From Gemmatimonas sp. (GTDB lineage: Bacteria > Gemmatimonadota > Gemmatimonadetes > Gemmatimonadales > Gemmatimonadaceae), in assembly GCA_965279375.1 (NCBI GenBank), contig OZ257156.1, forward strand, positions 2,048,001 to 2,112,000: DNA of 64,000 bases. Reading direction: 5' to 3'. The notes beneath the pieces are model-generated. The model did not search any database and was not told where the DNA came from. It was given only the letters and a program-made list of their open reading frames with translations. Made by a program: the position numbers and the translations under genes. How positions within the stretch are numbered: the first letter of the stretch is position 1; each line of letters begins with the position of its first letter. This document shows, piece after piece, positions 6,979-15,106 of this stretch.

Positions 6979-8748
6979 TTAGCGAAGTCGGGCGAGATAC
7001 GCGCGCGCGCCGGCAAACGCGACCGGTCCGCCGCTCTCGCTGCGCATGCGGAACGTAAAGGCGCTCGAGCCGGCCGGTCGCGACAACAGGAAGTAGTTGC
7101 CCGAACCTGAGGCGGACTGTGTGGTGACTTCCGTCGGCAAGGTGGTCATGCGCAGCGGGAACACGCCGCCGTTCAGACCGGACATCGCGTCGCGCATCGC
7201 CCACGACGTGAACTGATAACGCGAGGCGAGCCCCGGGCTCGTGGTATCGCCGACCGCCGAGATCAGAAATCCGGGGAGGATCTCGGAAAAGCTCACGCGT
7301 GCTCTGGCCTCGAGGTTTGCCACATCCACCTGAGGACCCGAGACGAGCGCTCGCGTGAACGTGCTCGGTGTGGTACCTGCGTACTGATCGATCGAGTAGC
7401 GCAGCAGTGCCCACGCCGCGCCGCGCGGTGCGAGGTCGGAGATCGCCTTGCGGCTGATGGGTGAAGCCAGATCGGGGCGATTCATCCATGCGCGGAGCCG
7501 AATCAGGTTCTGCTTGAAGAACGATTCGTAATCGTCGAGATCGATGAGGACGTCGTTGAACGTCAACCGCCTCGTGACGGCGAACCCGCGCACATTCCGG
7601 CCCACGAGTTCTTCTGCAAGATGCGACAGCCCCTCGTTCATCCAGTCCGTCTCGAGCGCCACGCCAAGTCGTTGCCGCACGCCTTGATTGATCAGGTGCT
7701 GGAGCTCATGCGCGACCGTCGCACGCATGGCGCGGAACACCGTGGAAACCGTGAATCGGTTGCCGTTCACCAGGCCGTTGGGATCTGGGGTGAGCAGGTA
7801 CATGATTTCCTGCTCATTGCTCGCCGGGCAGGCGAAGCCCTGCGTGGAGACGGCGCGAGGCAGCAGGTCGGGTGACCAGAAGTACCCGCCCACGTAGCCC
7901 AGAGACCCGGCCGGCGTCAGGCGATTGATCGCCGGCGTGAAGAGCAGCACCACGCGACCATCACCGTTGATGTCGGTGGGTTCGCCAAACCACTGCACAT
8001 CCGTCGGGTGCACCACGGCGTCATACTCGCTCGCGATCGCGGAGAAATCCGCTGCGGTGAATCCATTCGGCGGCGCTGCAACATCCTGCACGATCAGGGC
8101 GCGCGTGCTGATGGCACGCACGACGGCCCGTACGGTGCTGAAGTTGTTGCACATGTTCGAAGACGAGGCGTCGCCGACGCGATAGGACAGCGTATCGCCG
8201 ACCGCGACGGCGGCGACTGCGGCCGCGGACACATTGCGTCTGCCCGCGGCTGCGAGCGCGCCGACATCGTGTCCGGCCAACAGTCGCCGCGTGGCTTCGT
8301 GGCGGCGCGCTTCTTCACGCGCGGCGAGGCCAAGCGCGTCCGTGGACACCGCAGTGTTGCTCGCATCGAGGTCATTCTGCGTGCGCTGCAAGCGCGACGT
8401 CAGCGCGCCCGCTCCCTGCTCGCCTGTCACGCGATATGTCTGCAGCTCATCCTGCGTCGACGCGGCGTTCGCCGCGATCAGCACGTACTCGGACGCGTCA
8501 GACGAGCCGGCGACGACGACGCAGCCAAGTGCGGCGCCCCCTTCCACCATCTGCACCTGTCCGCGGGTGAGCGTGCGCGGCGTGGCGCACGACGCCGGAA
8601 CGACCGGGGGCGCTGTCTGGTCGCCACACGCCGTCAGCATCGCGCCGGCTACTGCGACCACGCCTCGCAAGATCCGGTCATGAGCGAGCCGAAACGGTCG
8701 ACGTATCGGGCCGCCGGGTGCCGTGTATTGCGTAGCAGTGTCACTCAT
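6979..8748 (-). CDS. Zinc metallopeptidase lipoprotein (M30/hyicolysin-like)
   Basis: AHELQHLIN followed by WMNEGLSHLAEE; DINGDGRV motif; lipobox MLTA-C; true start may be further downstream. Confidence 0.8.
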   Translation of the reverse strand: MSDTATQYTAPGGPIRRPFRLAHDRILRGVVAVAGAMLTACGDQTAPPVVPASCATPRTLTRGQVQMVEGGAALGCVVVAGSSDASEYVLIAANAASTQDELQTYRVTGEQGAGALTSRLQRTQNDLDASNTAVSTDALGLAAREEARRHEATRRLLAGHDVGALAAAGRRNVSAAAVAAVAVGDTLSYRVGDASSSNMCNNFSTVRAVVRAISTRALIVQDVAAPPNGFTAADFSAIASEYDAVVHPTDVQWFGEPTDINGDGRVVLLFTPAINRLTPAGSLGYVGGYFWSPDLLPRAVSTQGFACPASNEQEIMYLLTPDPNGLVNGNRFTVSTVFRAMRATVAHELQHLINQGVRQRLGVALETDWMNEGLSHLAEELVGRNVRGFAVTRRLTFNDVLIDLDDYESFFKQNLIRLRAWMNRPDLASPISRKAISDLAPRGAAWALLRYSIDQYAGTTPSTFTRALVSGPQVDVANLEARARVSFSEILPGFLISAVGDTTSPGLASRYQFTSWAMRDAMSGLNGGVFPLRMTTLPTEVTTQSASGSGNYFLLSRPAGSSAFTFRMRSESGGPVAFAGARAYLARLR

Positions 8749-8960
8749 GAGCGCGCTGTCACCTGCGGATCGCCGAGCGCACCATGCGCCGTGGACGTGA
8801 TCGCAGAAGGTGCCGGTTCGACACTGCGACAGACAGGCGCGTGGCGTATCACTTTCACCACGTCTCGGTATCGGCGACGGATTGGCCGCGGAGCTAAGGC
8901 GAGTTCGCGTGAAACGCGATCGGCAAGTTCAGGGCGAAGTAGGAGCGCGTCGAACGGCCG

Positions 8961-9167
8961 TTACGCTGCGCTCGCGTCGATCTCTTCGATGCGGACATGT
9001 GGAAATCGCGCCGTGGTGGCAGCGTGCTCGATCGTCATGCTGACGAGATTGCCGTGTTTGTCCAGGTCGACGTACACGTTCTCTGTAATCTCGCGCGTCT
9101 CCTCGACGATTTCGTCGGAGAATTGCAGCAGTGCCGTGTCCGTGTCTTTGAAGTATTTGACGTTCAT
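8961..9167 (-). CDS. DUF2283-family small acidic protein (putative antitoxin)
   Basis: MNVKYFKDTDTALLQF...VYVDLDKHGNLVSMTIEHA, a typical DUF2283 pattern; ATGA overlap with the upstream gene. Confidence 0.85.
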   Translation of the reverse strand: MNVKYFKDTDTALLQFSDEIVEETREITENVYVDLDKHGNLVSMTIEHAATTARFPHVRIEEIDASAA

Positions 9168-9400
9168 GGCGTGAACCTGCGGTCGAAAAATGCGTTGTGT
9201 ATGGTCTCGCCGTCGGGCAACAGGACAACGCGGAGGTAGCGGCGCTCTGCTGGAATGTATGCCCAGCGTCGGATTCGACCATCCCCTTGCACGGCCTCCG
9301 CCAGAGGTTGCGTCACGGCGAGGAGAATCCACTCGTCGATAATGCGATCACGATCGGGCCGTCGCCGAACGTGCTGGAAGTAATCGGTGACCCTGAGAAT
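9164..9400 (-). CDS. Putative toxin partner of DUF2283 (78 aa), no ATG/GTG/TTG start; probable ATT start
   Basis: Manual translation: (I)LRVTDYFQHVRRRPDRDRIIDEWILLAVTQPLAEAVQGDGRIRRWAYIPAERRYLRVVLLPDGETIHNAFFDRRFTP*; GGAG 7 nt before ATT; stop overlaps the DUF2283 ATG. Absent from the ORF track. Confidence 0.75.
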   Translation of the reverse strand: MLRVTDYFQHVRRRPDRDRIIDEWILLAVTQPLAEAVQGDGRIRRWAYIPAERRYLRVVLLPDGETIHNAFFDRRFTP

Positions 9401-9438
9401 GGTTCGGCTCCGGTTACGGCTGTGCGCGGACCCGTTCT

Positions 9439-9876
9439 CTAGATCGCCGAGATGAGTTCGAACGCATCGGTGCCGTTGGCAATCGCGTCCGTCGGAATGC
9501 GCCTGTCGAACGTGGCGAGTTTCGCGTGGTGCTGTTGCGCGAGTCGCAGCAGGTAGATGTCCGTGAGTGTCGATGGCGTGAGTCGCTCCGGCCTGATCAC
9601 GCTGTCGTCGAGCAGCGTGATGTCGTCGGCCACGAACACATGGCGTGTGTGCTGCGTGAACTCGCGCAGCAGTTCGCGGACCGCGCTGACGGTGCCAAGC
9701 GAATTCGGATACGACGGGAGCCCCGCGATACGCAGCACGCCGTTTTGTACGATGGGGCAGGTGAGCCAGTGCGTGTCACCGCTCGATTCGGCCCAGCGAT
9801 GCGCGGCGTCGTGGAACACGTGTCGCGGGTCGAGGAGGGCCAGCACGACATTCACGTCCAGCAGGAAGCGTGTCAT
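9439..9876 (-). CDS. vapC: PIN-domain ribonuclease toxin (VapC family)
   Basis: LLDVNVVLAL...H...LTDIYLLRLA...LATFDRRI PIN motifs. Confidence 0.9.
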   Translation of the reverse strand: MTRFLLDVNVVLALLDPRHVFHDAAHRWAESSGDTHWLTCPIVQNGVLRIAGLPSYPNSLGTVSAVRELLREFTQHTRHVFVADDITLLDDSVIRPERLTPSTLTDIYLLRLAQQHHAKLATFDRRIPTDAIANGTDAFELISAI

Positions 9877-9886
9877 GCGCTCGCGC

Positions 9887-10126
9887 TCACTCGCTGTCGG
9901 CCAGCAGTCGGGCGATGTGCTCGGGTGTCACCGGACCGCTGTCTGCGCCGACGGGGAAGAGCCGGATCCCGTTGCGTGTGCGCGCGGTCTCCCCGCTGGA
10001 CGTCGCCGCGGCCAGTCCGCGCCGAGCCAGGTCGGACACGACCTCGCCGATGGAGACGCCGCGGGCCTCCGATAGGCGACGAGCGGCGTCGAGGACGTCA
10101 TTGTCGAGTGTGAGAGTGGTACGCAT
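9887..10126 (-). CDS. vapB: Ribbon-helix-helix antitoxin (VapB family)
   Basis: MRTTLTLDNDVLDAARRLSEARGVSIGEVVSDLARRGL directly upstream of the PIN gene. Confidence 0.88.
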   Translation of the reverse strand: MRTTLTLDNDVLDAARRLSEARGVSIGEVVSDLARRGLAAATSSGETARTRNGIRLFPVGADSGPVTPEHIARLLADSE

Positions 10127-10162
10127 GACATCAAACATCACGCATCTCGCATCGGTGGTCAA
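10127..10162 (-). promoter_or_regulatory. Promoter/operator of vapBC: TTGACC -35 followed by 7-bp-period GATG repeats
   Basis: Minus strand reads ttgacc acc gatgcga gatgcgt gatgttt gatgtc ATG. Confidence 0.5.
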
Positions 10163-10308
10163 GTTTGTCGATCGCGGAAGCGGAGCGGGCAGCCCCGGTG
10201 CACGTGGCTCCGTGACACGCGGTCCAACATGTCGACTTCCGTTCCCCGTCCCTCACCGAATCGCCGCTGGCCTGTCCATTTCGACGCCCCGCGCCAAGAT
10301 TCGGCGCA

Positions 10309-12540
10309 ATGACCAGTCTGCCCTTGGGATCGCCCGCGACACCCGCTCCGGCCACCGCCGAACTCGCCCCCGACACCGTCCGCCGCCTGCGTGAGCTGGC
10401 CGCCCGTTGGGCCGACGTCGGCGCGGCCGAGCGCGCCAACTACCAGCTCTACCTCATCGAGCTGTGCGACGCGATCGGCGTCCCCCGCCCGAAGCCGGCC
10501 GCGACCGGCGACCGGGTCGCCGACAGCTCCGCGTACCAGTTCGAGTTCGCGATCAAAACCACCACGCGCGACGGGGCGATCGCCACGAACTACATCGATC
10601 TGTACAAGGCGGGGTGCTTTGCGCTGGAGGCGAAGGACTCCGACGACGGGACCACGACCACAAGATTGCTGACCAAGGCCTTTGGGCAGGTGTCCAACTA
10701 CGCCAAGGATCTGCCGGAGCGTCCGCCGTACATCATCGTGCTGGATGTCGGTAAGACGATGATTGTGTGGGATCGCTGGTCGGGGTCGTACGGCGGCTAC
10801 CACCTGGGCACGCGCATCGACCTGCGTGCGCTGGACTCCAGTGCCTCTAACGTTGCGTTGCTGCGCGACATCTGGACCGAACCGGCGGTGCGCGACCCTC
10901 GGCGGCACGCACAAAAAATCACGGTGGAGATTGCGGGGCTGCTGGCCGAACTCGCGGCCACACTCGAACAGCGCGGACACGATCCGGAACGCGTGGCGCG
11001 GTTTCTGATTCGTTGCGTGTTCTCGATGTTTGCCGAAGACGTGAAGCTGTTGCCCGACGCGTCGTTCAAGAATCTGCTGCACGCCGTTGCCGACGGTGGC
11101 CCCGATGCGTTTGTGGAGGCCGCCCAGGATCTATGGAGAGCAATGGATGTGGGCGGACGCTTTGGTTATCACCGCCTGCTGCGCTTCAACGGCCATTTCT
11201 TTGCCAACGCCGAGGCGTTGCCGCTCGAGCGTGCCGAACTAGAGCTGTTGCGCCGTGCGGCAGACGCTGACTGGAGCGCGGTCGAGCCGTCGATCTTTGG
11301 TACGCTGCTCGTTCGTGCACTCTCGGCCGAAGAACGGCACCGGCTGGGCGCGGAGTACACGCCGCGTGATTTCATCGAGCGGCTGGTGCGGCCGACGGTG
11401 GAAGAGCCTGTGCGCGAGCGGTGGACGGCGGTGCAGGCGGAGGTGCTGCAGCTGCGCGAGCGCGCACGACCCACGGATATTCGCGCGGCTGAAACGCGAC
11501 TGCTGGAGTTTCACGCGTGGCTACGTGGACTGCAGATTCTCGATCCGGCGTGCGGGAGCGGCAACTTTCTGTACGTGACGATGCATGCGCTCAAGCGCGT
11601 GGAAGTGGAAGTGTTCCGCTTGCTGGCCGACGTGCAGGGCGGGCAGACGAGCGTGCGCATGGCGGAGATCGATCCGGGGCAGTTTCACGGTATCGAGGTG
11701 AAGGCGTGGGCGCGCGAAATCGCCGAGCTGACGTTGTGGATTGGCTTCCATCAGTTCTGGCGGCAGCAGCATGGTGATGTACAGCCTGACGAACCGTTGC
11801 TGCGCGACACGGGCACGCTGGAGCATCGCGACGCCGTGCTGGCGTGGGACAGCATTCGGCATGTGCCGGAGAAGGACCGGCCGGACCCGACGCCGCGCAT
11901 TGTGCATCCGGTAACGGGGCAGTTGGTGCCGGATCCGAACGCGAAGCTCAAGTACATGGAGTACGTGGGGGCCAGAGCGGCTGAGTGGCCGCAGGCGGAT
12001 TTCATTGTGGGGAATCCGCCGTATTTGGGTAATAAGCGAATGCGCGAGGCGTTTGGCGACGGGTATGTCGATGCGCTGCGTGGCGCGTACTCGGACGTTC
12101 CGGATAGCATCGACTTCGTGATGTACTGGTGGGTTCGTGCAGCGCGCGAGGTCGCCGTTCGTCGGACGATTCGTGCGGGACTGATCACGACCAATTCTAT
12201 CACGCAGACCTTTCATCAGCCGCTTCTTGCCGAAGCCGCGAGCATAGGTGCTCAGATCGTCTGGGCCGCTCCGGATCATCCTTGGGCAGATGGATCAGAT
12301 GCTGCTGCGGTTCGAGTCGCGATGACTGTACTCGCGCGTGGAATCACATTCGCTACAAGGGTCGACGTGGACGAGCGCGGAGCTGTCGTTCTCTCGCGTC
12401 AAGTCTCGCGGTTGAACTCAGACCTGTCCGCGGACGCCGACGTGCCAACCGCGGCAAGTGTTCCGCTGCGGTCGAATGGTGGATGCTCTTGTCGTGGAGT
12501 GACGCTTGTTGGTGCCGGCTTCCTAATTGACCGCAGATGA
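10309..12540 (+). CDS. MmeI-like type IIL restriction-modification enzyme, N-terminal part (PD-ExK nuclease, helical spacer, N6-adenine MTase); ends at a frameshift
   Basis: YIDLYKAGCFALEAK nuclease motif; FNGHFF; GAEYTPR; LDPACGSGNFL (motif I); IVGNPPY (motif IV); DFVMYWW; GLITTNSITQ. Confidence 0.9.
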   Translation: MTSLPLGSPATPAPATAELAPDTVRRLRELAARWADVGAAERANYQLYLIELCDAIGVPRPKPAATGDRVADSSAYQFEFAIKTTTRDGAIATNYIDLYKAGCFALEAKDSDDGTTTTRLLTKAFGQVSNYAKDLPERPPYIIVLDVGKTMIVWDRWSGSYGGYHLGTRIDLRALDSSASNVALLRDIWTEPAVRDPRRHAQKITVEIAGLLAELAATLEQRGHDPERVARFLIRCVFSMFAEDVKLLPDASFKNLLHAVADGGPDAFVEAAQDLWRAMDVGGRFGYHRLLRFNGHFFANAEALPLERAELELLRRAADADWSAVEPSIFGTLLVRALSAEERHRLGAEYTPRDFIERLVRPTVEEPVRERWTAVQAEVLQLRERARPTDIRAAETRLLEFHAWLRGLQILDPACGSGNFLYVTMHALKRVEVEVFRLLADVQGGQTSVRMAEIDPGQFHGIEVKAWAREIAELTLWIGFHQFWRQQHGDVQPDEPLLRDTGTLEHRDAVLAWDSIRHVPEKDRPDPTPRIVHPVTGQLVPDPNAKLKYMEYVGARAAEWPQADFIVGNPPYLGNKRMREAFGDGYVDALRGAYSDVPDSIDFVMYWWVRAAREVAVRRTIRAGLITTNSITQTFHQPLLAEAASIGAQIVWAAPDHPWADGSDAAAVRVAMTVLARGITFATRVDVDERGAVVLSRQVSRLNSDLSADADVPTAASVPLRSNGGCSCRGVTLVGAGFLIDRR

Positions 12541-13687
12541 AGCGTCGTCGCTCGTAAGGTCTGATCCAAGCAACTCAGAGGTGATCCGTGCCTATAGAAA
12601 TGGACGTGACCTCATGGCGCGAGGAAGAGACGTATACGTCATCGATTTTGCAATGAAGTCGGAAAACGAGGCACGTCACTTCGCTGTGCCCTTTGACTTG
12701 GTGCGGTCACGAGTGAAGCCTGAACGCGACGGAATGCGCCGCGATTCACGGCGGAAGTACTGGTGGAGGTTCGGCGAACCCAATCCGAAACTTCGGAGGT
12801 TGGTGGCCGACTTGACTCGGTACATCGCGACGCCCTATGTGGCAAAGCATCGCCCCTTCATGTTCTTGGATGCTCGAACCGCACCGGACGACAAAGTAGT
12901 AGTGGTTGGCTCAGACCAAGCATGGATTCTCGGTGTGCTCTCTTCCGCGATTCATGGTGGGTGGGCGCTGGCTGCAGGCTCACTTCTCGAGGATCGACCG
13001 ACCTACAACAATCCACGCTGCTTCGACCCCTTCCCCTTCCCCGACCCTCCCGCCGCTCTCCGCGCACAAATCGCCACCCTCGCCGAGTCCCTCGACGCAC
13101 ACCGCGCCGCCGCCATCGCGCGTGACGAACGCGTCACCATGACCGGCATGTACAACGTCGTCGAGAAGCTCCGCTCCGGCGACCAGCTCACACCCAAAGA
13201 ACGCACCGTCCACGAACTCGCGGCCTGCGGCATTCTGCGCGACATGCACGATCAACTCGACGCGCTCGTCGCCGAGGCGTACGGATGGTCGTGGCCGCTC
13301 TCCACGGAGGAGATTCTCGACAAGCTCGTCGCGCTGCACGACGTGCGCGTGGCCGAGGAGGCGCAGGGGATCGTGCGCTGGCTGCGTCCGGAGTTTCAGG
13401 CGCCGCAGTCGGCTATGGCTGCTCCCGTCGCTGAACTGGCGCTGACAACCAACGTGAGCGCCGCTGCTGCTGTCGCCGAGCCCACGCCTTGGCCGGCGCA
13501 GGCCATCGAACAGATCTCGGCGCTCAAGCGTCTCGTCACCACACACACCCTGAGCGTCGACGATGCCATGCAGCAGTTCAGCGGCGCCAGACGCGAGCTT
13601 GTGGAGCGGCATCTGGAAACGCTCGCCATTCTGGGCGAGGTGCGCGTGGTGGAATCGGGGCGGTACAGCGCGGTGGCAGCGTTCTGA
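12527..13687 (+). CDS. MmeI-like enzyme C-terminal part (target-recognition and C-terminal domains), out of frame with the upstream part
   Basis: IRAYRNGRDL, VKPERD, WWRFGEP, RYIATPYVAKHRPF, GVLSSAIHGGW, RCFDPFPFP, TMTGMYNVVEKLR; TTG start with no RBS. Confidence 0.8.
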   Translation: MTADEASSLVRSDPSNSEVIRAYRNGRDLMARGRDVYVIDFAMKSENEARHFAVPFDLVRSRVKPERDGMRRDSRRKYWWRFGEPNPKLRRLVADLTRYIATPYVAKHRPFMFLDARTAPDDKVVVVGSDQAWILGVLSSAIHGGWALAAGSLLEDRPTYNNPRCFDPFPFPDPPAALRAQIATLAESLDAHRAAAIARDERVTMTGMYNVVEKLRSGDQLTPKERTVHELAACGILRDMHDQLDALVAEAYGWSWPLSTEEILDKLVALHDVRVAEEAQGIVRWLRPEFQAPQSAMAAPVAELALTTNVSAAAAVAEPTPWPAQAIEQISALKRLVTTHTLSVDDAMQQFSGARRELVERHLETLAILGEVRVVESGRYSAVAAF

Positions 13688-13773
13688 GGCGGGGCGAGCC
13701 GACTATCTCTGCGGTGTCTCCGCGGTGCGCCCCAATGCCATTCGCGCCGGGATCCGGTCCGACCTCTTGAATT

Positions 13774-13802
13774 TTGACTAGTCTGACCAGAATTAGTAGT
13801 TT
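13774..13802 (+). promoter_or_regulatory. Sigma70-type promoter for a leaderless TA transcript
   Basis: TTGACT-17 nt-TAGTTT ending 6 nt before ATG 13809; overlapping TGACTAG/TGACCAG direct repeats. Confidence 0.55.
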
Positions 13803-13808
13803 CCGGTC

Positions 13809-14099
13809 ATGCCAGACGAATACTCCATCTACGACGCCAAAGCCAAGCTCTCCGCGCTCGTGCGGCAGGTGCGCGAAGGGCAGACCTTCGTGATCACCGT
13901 CCACGGCGAGCCGGTAGCCGAACTGCGTCCGATCGAAAAGCCCGAGCGCAAACAGACGCTCGAGGAGCGTGTCGCGGAGCTGACCGCCCGCGGCGAGATC
14001 ACGCCGTCCAAGCTCAAGCCTGGTGAGCGGCCGAGCTTCCCCATCGGATCGACGCACATACCCGGTGCGTTGCAGCGCTTTCTGGACGAGCGCGATTGA
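13809..14099 (+). CDS. Phd/YefM-family antitoxin
   Basis: YSIYDAKAKLSALVRQVREGQTFVITVHGEPVAELRP. Confidence 0.9.
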   Translation: MPDEYSIYDAKAKLSALVRQVREGQTFVITVHGEPVAELRPIEKPERKQTLEERVAELTARGEITPSKLKPGERPSFPIGSTHIPGALQRFLDERD

Positions 14100-14476
14100 G
14101 GAGCGCATTCGTCGATACGTCGGCGCTCCTGTCATTGGCACTGGCTGAGGTGACCGCGGTGGAAGTTGGTGGTCGGCTTGCTGTGTTCGACCGTGTTCGA
14201 GCATCGGATCTGCTTGTGGCGGAACTCAGGAGCGCCTGCAAGCGTGACGGAATCGCTGTTGACCAACGGTTGATCGACAGTCTGGACGTGGTATTGCCGC
14301 GGCGATCGCTCGGCCCGGAAATCGCCCGCGTCCTCGACGTTGGCTACGTGCGTGGCGCCGACTGCTGGCATCTGGCGACGGCGCTGTATCTCGCGCCCGA
14401 TCCCGCCGAACTCACCTTCCTCACGCTCGACCTGCGACAACGCGACGTCGCCCGGGCGCTAGGCTTCATGGTCTGA
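14096..14476 (+). CDS. vapC: PIN-domain toxin (VapC family)
   Basis: FVDTSALL...E...RGADCWHLATA...FLTLDLRQ; TTGA overlap with the antitoxin stop. Confidence 0.87.
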   Translation: MRSAFVDTSALLSLALAEVTAVEVGGRLAVFDRVRASDLLVAELRSACKRDGIAVDQRLIDSLDVVLPRRSLGPEIARVLDVGYVRGADCWHLATALYLAPDPAELTFLTLDLRQRDVARALGFMV

Positions 14477-14565
14477 CCACCGCCAGCAGTGCAGCGACAC
14501 GCCGTACGGCACGCGGCGCGGCGCATGACGGTACGTTCTGCTTCCTCCTCAACTGGACCCTGCCC

Positions 14566-15069
14566 ATGCTGCGCCCTCGATCGTCGCCAACACGCTCGCG
14601 CGCCGTCGTGCTCGCGGCCGCTCTTCTCGTGGCCGCCTGCGGCCCCAAGGATTCCGATGTGCAGCTGGGCGTGAATGCGGCGCTCGTCGACGCGCCCGGC
14701 ATCACGGCGAGCGTGACCGATGGTGTGGTAACACTCGCCGGCGCCTACGCTGACAGTGCGACGGCGTCCGCGACCGAAGCGAAGGTCAAGGCACTGCGAG
14801 GCGTGAAGTCGGTGGTCGTCACGACCACGGTGACGCCGCCTCCACCGCCGGCGCCGGCGCCGGCGCCCGTCGTTCTCTCGCCGGATGATGCGATGCTCAA
14901 CGAGGTCGCCGGTGTGCTCGCCAACTTCCCGACGCTCTCCGCGTCGGTGGCCAGCGGCGTCATCACGGTGACGGGCGAGATTGCCAAGGCCGATGTGTCC
15001 GCGATGATGCAGGCGCTGTCTGCACTGCACCCGAAGAAGATCGACAACCAGGCGCGCATCAAGAAGTAG
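14566..15069 (+). CDS. BON-domain lipoprotein (two BON-like domains, Pro-rich linker)
   Basis: Lipobox VAA-C; ITASVTDGVVTLAG...GVKSV and LSASVASGVITVTG...KIDNQ. Confidence 0.85.
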   Translation: MLRPRSSPTRSRAVVLAAALLVAACGPKDSDVQLGVNAALVDAPGITASVTDGVVTLAGAYADSATASATEAKVKALRGVKSVVVTTTVTPPPPPAPAPAPVVLSPDDAMLNEVAGVLANFPTLSASVASGVITVTGEIAKADVSAMMQALSALHPKKIDNQARIKK

Positions 15070-15106
15070 CGTCGGCTGTGCGGACGATTCGCCCACTATT
15101 TGCGCA

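Noticed and set aside
12520..12530. Simple-sequence-repeat phase variation of the RM gene
   Set aside because: The frameshift site has only AA/TT, with no homopolymer or microsatellite tract.
8900..14500. Integron cassette array, prophage or transposon as carrier of the TA/RM islet
   Set aside because: No integrase or transposase, and no convincing attC sites, terminal inverted repeats or flanking direct repeats were found by eye.
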